A stretch of 64,000 bases of DNA from Longimicrobiales bacterium (GTDB lineage Bacteria > Gemmatimonadota > Gemmatimonadetes > Longimicrobiales > Gaopeijiaceae), in NCBI GenBank assembly GCA_965248195.1, contig CBDFIQ010000002.1:1472001-1536000 (forward strand), written 5' to 3'. Each line of letters opens with the position of its first letter. The first letter of the stretch is position 1. A model generated the notes under the pieces. It was not told the origin of the DNA and searched no databases. It saw only the letters and a program-made list of their open reading frames with translations. Made by a program: the position numbers and the translations under genes. Shown here piece by piece: positions 40,367 to 49,627 of the stretch.

Positions 40367-41180
40367 CGAGCACAACACCCGCCATCACCGCCACCATCGG
40401 CATCGCGATTTCAATTGCACCCGGCCCCTGCAGACCCGTCTCCAGCGACAACAGCCAGACCACCAGCATGCCGCCGCGCACGTGCGATGGGTTCAGCGCC
40501 CGCCCGCCGACATCGCCCACGGATGACACGCTGCGTAGACTCAGCGAGAGCACGAGGAACGCCAGCAGCGTGACGGCGGTGATCACGTCCCGAGGCTCCA
40601 ATTGGAACGTCACCTCCAGGTTCGCATTCCCGATCAGCCACACCTGAATCACCACGGCCGCGAGGCAGACGGCCGCGAACAGCCACTGCCGTCGGTTGGG
40701 GTCGGCAAGGCGGGCGTCGAGCACGAGAGCCAGCGCCGCGACCACGCCCGCCAACGGGTTGTGAAGGCTGACCATGGTCCAGATCACCAGTCCAGTGACG
40801 ATCACCGAGTCGCCCGCCCGGGCCGTCAGTCCGGTGCTGCGGTTGACGATGCGTGACAGGGCCAGCGCGGTGAACAGCAAAAGCAGGCTGGGCGAAGGCC
40901 ACCACCACAAGAAAACGAACCCCAGCGCCGCTCCAACGAACGCGGCAGCGTTGTCATCCGGCACCAGCTCCCTGCCCAGCGCCCAGCAAGCGAACACGAT
41001 CAACAACGCCTCCAGGGCGCCTGCCGCGCTCTCGCCCGGACCGACTCCCTGCATGGGCGTGGCCACACCCGCGATCAACGCCGCCACCGGCATCAAGATC
41101 AGGATGGCCTTGTTGCTTGGGTACTTCGGCTCGAGGGGCCTCCCGATGGAGGTGACGCGATAAATCCTGTGCTCGCTCAC
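40218..41180 (-). CDS. hypothetical multi-pass membrane protein
   Basis: About 8 hydrophobic segments (WALGRELVPD, RIVNRSTG). The last ~45 codons overlap the MFS gene antisense. Confidence 0.7.
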   Translation of the reverse strand: MSEHRIYRVTSIGRPLEPKYPSNKAILILMPVAALIAGVATPMQGVGPGESAAGALEALLIVFACWALGRELVPDDNAAAFVGAALGFVFLWWWPSPSLLLLFTALALSRIVNRSTGLTARAGDSVIVTGLVIWTMVSLHNPLAGVVAALALVLDARLADPNRRQWLFAAVCLAAVVIQVWLIGNANLEVTFQLEPRDVITAVTLLAFLVLSLSLRSVSSVGDVGGRALNPSHVRGGMLVVWLLSLETGLQGPGAIEIAMPMVAVMAGVVLASLASRFRPHGRTFESRRSRESDRVRGPEMPSPSRTTPAAPEPPGWSPS

Positions 41181-41269
41181 GGCAGTCTCTGGTGCGGTGT
41201 GACCTGAAGCCGGCTATCGTAGGCCGACACGAACGACATCCCTGTGGGCCTCCCTCGCGGAGCAATCCT

Positions 41270-42100
41270 ATGGCTGTGAGTGACCTTTCCTCTCATCTCA
41301 CACTTGACGAGCACGGCATCTGGCGCGCACGGGAAACGGAGGAAATCTCCTATCCCGACACCGGGAACGCGGAGAGCTTTCAACTCGAGGATAACTCCTT
41401 TTGGTTTCGGCATCGTAATGCCTGCATCGTGGCGCTGGTCAAACGGTTTCACCCCGAGGGGGCGATCGTCGACGTGGGGGGAGGCAACGGGTTTGTCGCG
41501 CAGGCACTGATCAACGCTGGCTTCGACTGCATCTTGCTCGAACCGGGACCCACGGGGGCGCTGAACGCCACGATCCATCGCAAAATTCCCGAGGTGATTT
41601 GTTCGACCATTCAAGGCGCACGATTTGAATCTTCGTCTGTGGCCGCGGTGGGCCTCTTCGACGTGCTGGAGCACTTGGAAGACGATCATGAGATGGTGGC
41701 CGATTTGGCGCGTGTGCTGAAAACCGATGGGCTCTTCTTCGGCACCGTTCCGGCTCATCAATGGTTATGGTCCACAGCGGACGAGTTCGCGCAACACCAT
41801 CGGCGGTACACCCGAGAGTCTCTGCTCAGCCTGCTGGGTAGGGACTACGACGTCTTGTATTCAACCTACTTTTTTCGAGCTCTGACTCTCCCAATTTATA
41901 TGGTGCGCGCTCTACCGTTCCGGCTCGGTCTCACCAAGAAGGAGGGCCTCATGAGTGCGGGGGCTGAACACGGCACCGATCAAGGCTTGGCCGCGGGTAT
42001 GATCTCACGAGTGCTCGCTGGGGAGCTCGCGCGAGTGGAGCGCGGCGTCAGCCAGAGTTGGGGAGCGAGCTTGCTCTTCGCTGCGCGCAAGAAGTCGTGA
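41270..42100 (+). CDS. class I SAM-dependent methyltransferase
   Basis: SFWFRHRN, VDVGGGNG, FDVLEHLEDD and TVPAHQWLWS..D...HHRRY. Confidence 0.88.
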   Translation: MAVSDLSSHLTLDEHGIWRARETEEISYPDTGNAESFQLEDNSFWFRHRNACIVALVKRFHPEGAIVDVGGGNGFVAQALINAGFDCILLEPGPTGALNATIHRKIPEVICSTIQGARFESSSVAAVGLFDVLEHLEDDHEMVADLARVLKTDGLFFGTVPAHQWLWSTADEFAQHHRRYTRESLLSLLGRDYDVLYSTYFFRALTLPIYMVRALPFRLGLTKKEGLMSAGAEHGTDQGLAAGMISRVLAGELARVERGVSQSWGASLLFAARKKS

Positions 42101-42369
42101 CCAGCGCCTGGGATCCCCGCCGGATTCTGTCCCTCCCGGCGGCATACCGCTTGTTCTCGAATCTGGTGGGAGGTCACCGCTCCCGGACGGAGTGCGTCAC
42201 CCGGTACATCCGGCCACGAGTGTCGGATCGGGTGCTGGACTGCGGCTGCGGTCCGGGCGATCTCTGCGAGTACCTCCCGGACGTGGACTACGTGGGAATC
42301 GATATCGATGCGCGGTATATTGCCGAGGCGGCAGAAGCTGGCAGATTCGTATCTGATTGGGGTAATTGA
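42097..42369 (+). pseudogene. class I SAM methyltransferase truncated at the integrative element
   Basis: VLDCGCGPG and YVGIDID motifs. The homology-like sequence ends at ~42335 and runs into the element's AT-richer terminus. Confidence 0.8.
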
Positions 42370-42421
42370 ACTTACGGGCATACCGGACCGGATTCCCGCT
42401 GTTTGACTCCCGCCGATTGGA

Positions 42422-43585
42422 TCAGGCGCGAACCTTGTGGCGGCTCTCCAGAGCCTTCCTGAGTTGTACCTCGTCGGCCTGCTGGTAGCACCGGAGCACG
42501 GTCTGGGCCTCCTTCCAGCCGCCGAGTTCGCAGAGCACCTTGAGCGGCAGGTCCATGAGATCGCAAGCAAACTTCCGCCTGAGCGAGTGCCAGCCTCTTC
42601 CTCGCATGCGCTTCAGCCCCGCGAGCCGCTCGGCCCTGTTCCACCAGACATAGGCCCGCACGCGGCTGAAGCTCGTCGAGGGATCCCAAGGCGCGGGCAG
42701 GACCGGCGCGTCCCCGTTCCCAGGGTTGATTTGCCGTGCCTCTTCCAACACGGCGAGCGCCTCGGCGGTGACCGGCGTTCGGTGTTCGTAGCCCGACTTC
42801 TCGTGCTCCGCGCGCCACCGCACCACTCCGCATTCAAGGTCGATGTCCGACCACCGGAGCTGGCGGATAGCACCGATTCGGTGACCCGTCTCGTGCGCGA
42901 CCACCAGCGCGACACGAAACCGCCAGTCGACCGGGCGGGACACCTCGAGAAGCGCCTGGTATTCCTCCTCAGAAAGGACGACCCGTGTCGGGTTCTTCTC
43001 CGTGGGCGTCTTCAGGCCCTTGAGCGGGTTCGAGTCAAGCAACAGGCGGCCATGCTCGTCCCTCGACTTCGCCGCCCAGTTGAAGACGGCGATCAGGAAC
43101 TTCAGGTCGTATTCGATCGTCCGGTCGGACACCGGGCTTCCGCTCGCGCCGACCCTGCCTGCCCGGCGCTCCCGGATGAACCGGTCCCAGTCGCGCTGGG
43201 AGAGCGTTGCGGGCTTCCGGTCCCTGCCGAAGCACCCGAGGAACATCCTCGTCGCGGCCCTGTCGTGCCGCCGAGCCTGTTCACACTTGGTGGGCGTCAC
43301 TTCTTCACCGTAGATGTCAAAAAGCGTCTCCAGGGTGAGCGGCTCGGGCTCGGCTTCGGCCTTGCCATGCATCTCCGGCCCGAGGTAGCCAGCGGCGAAC
43401 TCGTCCGCCTGCCGCTTCGCCCGTCTCCAGTCGCGGTGCTTCAGCGACCTTGTGAGCCTGCGCCCGTTGTCGCGCCACTCGATCTGGAACAGGCCGGTCT
43501 TGGGATCGGGAAAGACCCGTACCCGGTTCCGGCCCCATTCGCCAGCGCCGTAGCTGCGCCGGATAGGTTTCGTGCGTGCCATCAT
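42422..43585 (-). CDS. tyrosine recombinase/integrase
   Basis: ETGHRIG..LRWSDID (catalytic R), EK, HSLRR (HxxR) and GGW..VLRCY (catalytic Y). Confidence 0.92.
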   Translation of the reverse strand: MMARTKPIRRSYGAGEWGRNRVRVFPDPKTGLFQIEWRDNGRRLTRSLKHRDWRRAKRQADEFAAGYLGPEMHGKAEAEPEPLTLETLFDIYGEEVTPTKCEQARRHDRAATRMFLGCFGRDRKPATLSQRDWDRFIRERRAGRVGASGSPVSDRTIEYDLKFLIAVFNWAAKSRDEHGRLLLDSNPLKGLKTPTEKNPTRVVLSEEEYQALLEVSRPVDWRFRVALVVAHETGHRIGAIRQLRWSDIDLECGVVRWRAEHEKSGYEHRTPVTAEALAVLEEARQINPGNGDAPVLPAPWDPSTSFSRVRAYVWWNRAERLAGLKRMRGRGWHSLRRKFACDLMDLPLKVLCELGGWKEAQTVLRCYQQADEVQLRKALESRHKVRA

Positions 43586-44022
43586 TCGATTCCTCTCTCG
43601 ATGATGGACTGCACGATCTGCGCGTTTGAAACTTGGCGCGGACGAAGCTCGTTGACCAGTGGCGGCTCGGCTGGTGCCTTCCGTGGCAGGTGGCTGCGGG
43701 CGATCCTGGGCGCGCCGGGCCTTCCGGCGTTGGGGATCCTGCCGTCGCGCACGAGGCGGCCGAGATGGTCAGCGGAGTAGCCGCTCTCCCTGGCGGCCTC
43801 CGTCAGCGAGAGGGTGGTCTCGTCCCTCTCCCTGAGCGTGGCCTCGAGCTCGGCCGCGCAGCTTTCGAGCGCGACGGCCGGCGTCTCGCCCCCGTACCGG
43901 CGGAGCGCCTTGGCCTGCGTCCGCCAGGTGGCTGGCAGGGTCTCGACGGACGCGCCGCGAGGTGTGCGCGCACGGTTGGGTCGATCCCGTCGGCCCGCCG
44001 CCCGCCCGGTCTCCGCTTTCAT
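43582..44022 (-). CDS. excisionase-like helix-turn-helix protein
   Basis: LSLTEAARESGYSADHLGRLVRDGRIP (HTH_17-like). Translationally coupled to int; the ATG at 44022 overlaps the upstream stop. Confidence 0.75.
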   Translation of the reverse strand: MKAETGRAAGRRDRPNRARTPRGASVETLPATWRTQAKALRRYGGETPAVALESCAAELEATLRERDETTLSLTEAARESGYSADHLGRLVRDGRIPNAGRPGAPRIARSHLPRKAPAEPPLVNELRPRQVSNAQIVQSIIERGIE

Positions 44023-44333
44023 TCCCAGTCGCCCTCGGCGTCTCTGCGGAGCGCGTCGGTGAGGGCCGGGTCCCCCTCGCCGCGCCGAACGGAGCGTTCG
44101 GCGAGATCGACGCGCCGGCCGAGGTCGGCGAGCCCGGCGGCGCGTGCGACGGCGTAGATGGCGGCCGCAACGGCTGCGAGTGCGAGCGCCAGGTGGAGGG
44201 CGAGCAAGACGCCGTGTTCGGCGAGGAGGAGCGGCCAATACGGCGCGAGGTATTCGAGGCGCGGCCCGGCGAGCAGCACGGCAGACCCCGCGATGGCGGC
44301 GGTGAGGCCGGCGCTGATCTTCCAGGGTTGCAT
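44019..44333 (-). CDS. small 2-TM membrane protein of the element
   Basis: GGGAG RBS, two hydrophobic segments, coupled to the next gene. Confidence 0.65.
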   Translation of the reverse strand: MQPWKISAGLTAAIAGSAVLLAGPRLEYLAPYWPLLLAEHGVLLALHLALALAAVAAAIYAVARAAGLADLGRRVDLAERSVRRGEGDPALTDALRRDAEGDWE

Positions 44334-44351
44334 GGCGGGCTTCTCCCGTAG

Positions 44352-45254
44352 TCAGAGTTCGACTGCGGCCGGATCGCGGTGGGCGGGTCCCCGCAGCGAG
44401 GAGCGGTCGCCGCCGCCGCCAAGGCCGAGCGTGCGCAGCAGCCGCGCCGCGGCCGGTCCGTTGGCGTGGAGCGCGAACCCGGCCGCCGCTTTCGCCTTGA
44501 TGGCCCCTTCGCGGTAGTTGCCGGACGCGACCTCGATGTTGACGCGTCCAGTGCGGCCGTCGGCGTCGGTGTACTCGATCTGGGCGTCCGGGTAGAGCAC
44601 GTGCCCTTCGTCGTCGAGGGGGAGTCCGAGTTCGCCGGCGGTGCGGTGCCGTTCGGCATCGGCGGCCCGCTTGCCGTCCTTCAGCCGCGCCGCCTCGCTC
44701 CCGCGCGCGACGGCGCTCTTGAGTTCGGTGTCGAGCCGGATGCGCCGCACGGTGGCGCCCTGTTCGAGCAGGCGCTGTTTCTCCTTCATGCAGGCGCGGT
44801 AGACGGCGGTGTCGTGCGCGGCTTCGGCAGGCCGGGTGCGTGCGAACCGGATTTCCTGGCTGGGATCCATCCCCCGTTCGGCGGCCCGCTTCCGGGCCTC
44901 GGCCACGCCGCTGCGGGTGAGCGTCAGGACCTTGAACGGGTTGCCCCCGGGTCCGGTGGCCGTGGTCTCGGTGACGAGCCCGTCGCGTACCCAGGCGTTC
45001 ACGGCCCGCCGGGTGGTGTAGGGATGGCCGCCGAAGCGGGCCTCGGCGAGGTCGCGGTACGAGACGGCGCCGTAGACGCCGATGTCGGCGAGCCCGCGCG
45101 CGCACCGTTCGGGGAAGGAGGTGGACCCGCGGTCCCGGCTCGCGGCGTATTCTCGGCGGTGGCCGTCCCGCATGCGGTAGCGATTGCGGCTTTGTGGCGC
45201 GGCGGTCCGCGGGTCCGGTTCGACCGTGCGGTCGAACATCTCCTGGCTCCTCAC
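44352..45254 (-). CDS. replication-relaxation-like protein (winged helix + PD-(D/E)xK-like domain), candidate relaxase
   Basis: wHTH ending VLTLTRSG, then AHDTAV and YPDAQIEY...NIEVASGNY. This architecture resembles Replic_Relax proteins found next to VirD4. Confidence 0.6.
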   Translation of the reverse strand: MRSQEMFDRTVEPDPRTAAPQSRNRYRMRDGHRREYAASRDRGSTSFPERCARGLADIGVYGAVSYRDLAEARFGGHPYTTRRAVNAWVRDGLVTETTATGPGGNPFKVLTLTRSGVAEARKRAAERGMDPSQEIRFARTRPAEAAHDTAVYRACMKEKQRLLEQGATVRRIRLDTELKSAVARGSEAARLKDGKRAADAERHRTAGELGLPLDDEGHVLYPDAQIEYTDADGRTGRVNIEVASGNYREGAIKAKAAAGFALHANGPAAARLLRTLGLGGGGDRSSLRGPAHRDPAAVEL

Positions 45255-45260
45255 CGACCG

Positions 45261-46289
45261 TCAGCGGCGCGGCCCGAAGGTCCGCTCCGGCACGGGGAGC
45301 GGCGGCACGGGATGGACGATCCGCCCCGGCGCGGGCGCGCGGGTCGCGGCCACGGCCGCGGGTTCGCGCACGGCCTCGCGCTCGCGGTGCCGCGAGAGCA
45401 CGAAGTCGGAGATCTTCTGCGCGTCGGCGGCGGCGCGGCGGATCTCGCGCGGATCCTCCTCGAGCGCGGCGACCCACCCCTCGACGTACGCGGCGCCCCG
45501 GCTCGGGTCATGGCCGACGCCCACGCGCTCGCCTGTCATCATGGCGCTGATTTCGGCGCGGAGCTCCTCCTTCGCATAGGCCGGTGAGGCGAACCCGTCG
45601 CCGATCCCTTCGATCAGTGTTGGGCGGTTCATCCGCTCCGGGTGGCCGGTGCTGTGCCCCAGCTCGTGGAGCGCGGTCTGGTAGTAGTGGTTCGCGGAGG
45701 GGAACTGTCCACGCTCGGGCAGCACGATCTCGTCGCGGTTCAGGTTGTAGAACGCCCGGTCGCCCGCCACGTGACGGACGGGGACCCCGCTGTCCACGAG
45801 GACGCGTTCGGCCTGCTGGTGCACCTTCCAGAGCGGCTCGGCCGTGGGTGTGGGCCGGGCCGGGAGCCCGTCGGCCTGCTCGGCGTTGAACACGGTGTAC
45901 TGGCGGACGAAGGGCGCCTGGAGGCGCTCGTGGCGGTAAACGCGCTTGCCTTCGTTGTCCCTCTTGGGCCGTCCGCGCTCGTCGTTGACGGCGATCTTCC
46001 GGTGGTCCTGGAACGAGAGGATGCGAGTGCCCTGCTCGCCCTTGCGCACCTGTCCGCCTTGGGCCTGGATCTGGCGGTAGGTGCCCCAGCGCACGTCGCC
46101 GTAGCCACGCTCCTGCTGCACGGCGGCGAGATGCAGGCTGTTCCCGCCCCTGTAGGAGCGGCCCCTATCGACGTTGGAGGGGAGCACGCGCTCGCCCGGC
46201 CCCCAGGGCTTCTGCCACGGCGCGGTGCCCTGGCGGATCTGCTCGATGATCCCCTCGGCGAACTGGCGGTGGTATTCGTCGTGTTTCAT
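45261..46289 (-). CDS. ardC: ArdC-family antirestriction ssDNA-binding protein (DUF1738 + zincin-like domain)
   Basis: PWQKPW, YRGGN, GGQVRKGE, YTVFNAEQ, HELGHSTGH and YAKEELRAE motifs. Confidence 0.9.
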   Translation of the reverse strand: MKHDEYHRQFAEGIIEQIRQGTAPWQKPWGPGERVLPSNVDRGRSYRGGNSLHLAAVQQERGYGDVRWGTYRQIQAQGGQVRKGEQGTRILSFQDHRKIAVNDERGRPKRDNEGKRVYRHERLQAPFVRQYTVFNAEQADGLPARPTPTAEPLWKVHQQAERVLVDSGVPVRHVAGDRAFYNLNRDEIVLPERGQFPSANHYYQTALHELGHSTGHPERMNRPTLIEGIGDGFASPAYAKEELRAEISAMMTGERVGVGHDPSRGAAYVEGWVAALEEDPREIRRAAADAQKISDFVLSRHREREAVREPAAVAATRAPAPGRIVHPVPPLPVPERTFGPRR

Positions 46290-46486
46290 AGCTCTTCCTC
46301 CTCGGGGCCGTGCGGATCCTCTCCGGCGTCGCGGATCTCGTCCTCGCTGCCCACGTCCTCGGAGAAGAGGCCGTACTCTTCGGCCAGCGAGGCCGGCACC
46401 TCGAGGGCCTCGCCTCCGTCGCGCGCGAGTTCGCGGTCGAAGTCATCGAGCGTCTCGACGCGAACGATGTTCTCGTCGCCTTTCAT
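46286..46486 (-). CDS. small highly acidic protein
   Basis: AAGGAGGT RBS, ATGA overlaps on both sides, 66 aa very rich in D/E. Confidence 0.7.
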   Translation of the reverse strand: MKGDENIVRVETLDDFDRELARDGGEALEVPASLAEEYGLFSEDVGSEDEIRDAGEDPHGPEEEEL

Positions 46487-47299
46487 GGGTTCACCTCCTT
46501 GGTGTGTGGGTGCTGTTCTTGCGGGGCTTCGTCAGACCCGCTCCAGATCGGTTCGGCGATCCAGCGGCCCTTGGCCGCGTCGTAGCCGCGCACTTCGAGC
46601 GCCTCCTCGACGAACCGCCTGCCCCGTTGCCGGGTCGTGTGCAGCACAAGTGCGATCCCGTCCACGACGCCCCGGCAGGTGACCTCCCAGGGAAGCGCGC
46701 CTTCGGCCTGCATGGCGCAGCTCGCCAGGCGCGAGAGCGCGGAGCGGGCGTTGTTCGCGTGGATGGTGGTCAGCGAGCCGCCGTGGCCGGTGTTGAGCGC
46801 CTGGAGCAGATCGGCGGCCTCGCCGCCCCTGACCTCGCCGACGACGATGTGGTCGGGCCGGTGGCGCAGCGCGTGCCGCACCAGGTCGCGGATCGAGACG
46901 GAGGTCTCGGTGCCGACAGCTCCGGCCTCGAAGCGGAGGCAGTTGGCGCGGTCGATCCTGAGTTCGAGCGTGTCCTCGATGGCGACGATCCGCTCGTCTT
47001 CTGGCAGCAACTCGATCAGCGCGTTGAGGAGCGTCGTCTTGCCCGAGCCCGTGCCTCCGGAGACCAGGATGTTCCTGCGGGCCAAGAGGGCCGACCGGCC
47101 GGGCGATGTGGATCGCGGCGCGGTGGAGCCAGGCGGCGGTGAGTCCCGGCGCCTCGTGGGGCTCGAGCCGGCCGCCTCGCTCGATCCAGACGTTGCCGGG
47201 TCCGTTGATCATGATCTCGGAGACCTCCGGGTCCTCGAGGAGCGTCTCCAGGCCCGGAAGGAACGGCTTCAGGTGGCCGATCCCGCTTGCGCGCTTCAT
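46483..47299 (-). pseudogene. VirB11/CpaF-family secretion ATPase with internal deletion and frameshift
   Basis: The N-terminus (LLEDPEVSEIMINGP) is in one frame and NILVSGGTGSGKTT, ALRHRPD..VGEVRG and LNTGHGG are in another. The junction is at ~47090, and the usual intervening segment is absent. Confidence 0.88.
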
Positions 47300-49332
47300 A
47301 TCCGTCCCTCCTCGCGGAGCCGCCAGTAGCCCACGTCCCTCGGCAGGTAGTGGGGTTTCAGGTAGACGCGCCGGGCAGGGAGCGACTTCGTGCCGTCGTA
47401 GGGCAGACAGATCGCCTGGTAGTTGGCCAACAGCGCGAACTCGCGCGGCGTGAACACGGGCTCCCTCTGCTGCCGGAACGACTTGCTCGCGCCGATCGTG
47501 CCGCGGCCCCCTCCGGCTCGCCCGGACAAGAGCGAGAACTCGGGCCTGCCCGTGGTCTCGGTGAACGTGTAGGAGGGCTGCGTCTTCATGACGCTGCCGC
47601 ACATCTCGGACGCGATCCGGGCCGACGACTCGTCGGACAGCGAGAGGAAGATCCGGGTGCGGAGCGTCTGGAGGAGCGTGCGCCAGGCCTCGCCTCCGGG
47701 GAGCACGGAGCGGAGCGAGGAGATCGACTGCGTGGCGACGATCGGGACGCAGCGGCACTGCCGGGTGAGCGCGAACGCCTTCTCGTCGCCCGAGGGATCG
47801 TCCTGGCCGACGGTCGCGAACGCCTGGTACTCGTCGCAGATGAACACGGCGGGTCGGAGGTAGCGTCCGGGCCGGCGGGCGGCCTCGGCGGGCCGCCGCA
47901 GCAGCGCCTGCATCCAGGCGTTCTTCAAGAGGACGCCGATGGCGCGGGCGAGCGCGGGGTTCGCGCCCGCGGGCATGTTGAGCGCCAGGACCTTGCCGCC
48001 CTCGATCAGCTCGCTGAGCGGCGGCAGCCGGCGCCGGAGGCCCGGCACGGGCCGGACGGCCTCGGCGTCCTCGTCCGGTGCATCGTCACCTATATATATA
48101 GACTCATCCGGCTCGGGAGGCGGCGGGCAGAACACGCCGGCGACCTGCGGCTGGTCGAAGAGCGAGAGGAACACGCTGATGCCCTCGACGATCGACGTGC
48201 GGAGCTTGGCGTCGAGCGCCGTCCAGTCATGCAGATACCACCGCTCGATGGCCTCGACCTGCTCACGGAACTCGCTCCCCGCGCCGCCCCCGCTCTCCTC
48301 CGTCGCGTATGCGACCTTGAGTTCCTTGAGCCGGTCCCGGAGTGCGGGGTCGAGCCGGCAAGCCGCCTTGTCCGAGCCGGGCACCGGCTCCCAGCCCCAT
48401 TCCCCGAGGGGTTCCTTGTGAGCGGCGAGATCCTTGGTCGCGATGACGGCCCGCACCGGGCAGAGCCGGTCGGCCAGCTCGCGGGCCTCGCCGATCTTCC
48501 GGCCGAACAGTTCCGCATCCACCGTGCAGCGGTAGATGTCCTGCAGCGTGACCCAGCCCCCCGGCAAGAGCCGGTGCAGTTCGATGATCCAGCGCACGAG
48601 ATTCGTATAGGCTTGCTGCCAGAACGGTTCTCGGCTCTTGCCGAAGAGCTGGTTGATGAGGGAGGCGACGCCGTAGGCGAGCGAGTAGGAGTCGAGCAGC
48701 GGATCGTCGAGCGGGTTCCACTGCAACGAGCCGTCGAGCCCGATCTCGAGGTAGTCGCCGCCGCGCCCGGCGGCGTCGAGGATCCCCCGCACGCTGTAGC
48801 AGAAGTCGCCCTTGACCTCGAGCACAAGGGCGCTGGCCCGGCGCCCGGCCCGGTCGGCTTGCCACGAGAGGAGCTGCTGGGCGAACGGGTACATGCAGGC
48901 GGTGGTCTTGCCGGTGCCGACGGCGCCGACGACGAGGACGCCGGTGTAGAGCCCCGTCTCGGGAACGACGAGCCAGGAGGGCCGCTCGCTCTCGCACGGG
49001 ACGACGGGATGGTGGAGCTCGCCGATCACGAGCGAGGGCGCGGCATCGTTCGGCGAGGTGGGCCAGGCGGGCAGGCTGCCCCGGCCGCGGCGTCTTGCAC
49101 GCGGCTGAAGCCACACCCTCCAGACCGAGAGGCACACGCTCCCGGCGAGGACGACGACGACGGCCGGGGCCGCGTAGTACCAGACGCGGATCACCGTGTG
49201 AAGGCCCGGATCGTGGTAGGCGATCAGGTCCAGAACCGGGTTGCCGCCCATGCCGGGGAACGGTGCCCAGAACGCGTGGCCGGCGGCCGCTCCCAGAGCG
49301 GTGCCGATGATGGCGAGCGTAGCCGGCCTCAT
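47296..49332 (-). CDS. VirD4/TraD-like type IV coupling protein
   Basis: Two N-terminal TM segments, Walker A GAVGTGKT, LEVKGD, WNPL, Walker B FICDEYQ and VATQSISSL. The start is refined to the ATG at 49332. Confidence 0.88.
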   Translation of the reverse strand: MRPATLAIIGTALGAAAGHAFWAPFPGMGGNPVLDLIAYHDPGLHTVIRVWYYAAPAVVVVLAGSVCLSVWRVWLQPRARRRGRGSLPAWPTSPNDAAPSLVIGELHHPVVPCESERPSWLVVPETGLYTGVLVVGAVGTGKTTACMYPFAQQLLSWQADRAGRRASALVLEVKGDFCYSVRGILDAAGRGGDYLEIGLDGSLQWNPLDDPLLDSYSLAYGVASLINQLFGKSREPFWQQAYTNLVRWIIELHRLLPGGWVTLQDIYRCTVDAELFGRKIGEARELADRLCPVRAVIATKDLAAHKEPLGEWGWEPVPGSDKAACRLDPALRDRLKELKVAYATEESGGGAGSEFREQVEAIERWYLHDWTALDAKLRTSIVEGISVFLSLFDQPQVAGVFCPPPPEPDESIYIGDDAPDEDAEAVRPVPGLRRRLPPLSELIEGGKVLALNMPAGANPALARAIGVLLKNAWMQALLRRPAEAARRPGRYLRPAVFICDEYQAFATVGQDDPSGDEKAFALTRQCRCVPIVATQSISSLRSVLPGGEAWRTLLQTLRTRIFLSLSDESSARIASEMCGSVMKTQPSYTFTETTGRPEFSLLSGRAGGGRGTIGASKSFRQQREPVFTPREFALLANYQAICLPYDGTKSLPARRVYLKPHYLPRDVGYWRLREEGRI

Positions 49333-49367
49333 CGGTCCAACACCCTTCCTGGAAGGATCGATGGCTC

Positions 49368-49455
49368 GGGAGCGACCCCAGGAGGGCGGGGGCAGGTGCG
49401 CAAACACACCTGGCCCCGAACCCGTACCAGGCCCTCGGACTGGGGGGTCGCTCCC
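49368..49455. other. nested inverted-repeat structure, candidate oriT / single-strand origin
   Basis: GGGAGCGACCCC/GGGGTCGCTCCC outer stem, GAGGGC/GCCCTC middle stem and GGGGC-CAGGTG/CACCTG-GCCCC-type inner stem, in the element's only long intergenic gap. Confidence 0.55.
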
Positions 49456-49627
49456 ACCACGGACGGTGCCGCCCGTACAGCGCTGGCCGGCCTGTCCGCG
49501 GAAGCGCAAGACGCTGCGGCGCCAGCGGATAGGCGGGAAGCTCCGTGTGAATCGCCGGGGCGCCGAAGTGTGAATCGTACCCCCGCGTCGTTTGCGCACT
49601 CCAGTGCGGCCGTAAGTCGCGCGCCGC

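Noticed and set aside
44023..45477. N-terminal 485 aa of the 631-aa ORF 43582..45477
   Set aside because: It is an alternative-frame overlap of real genes; only the part from the ATG at 44022 looks coding.
47060..47110. Programmed frameshift in the VirB11-like gene
   Set aside because: A sizeable conserved segment is missing, not just a frame change, and there is no slippery heptamer.
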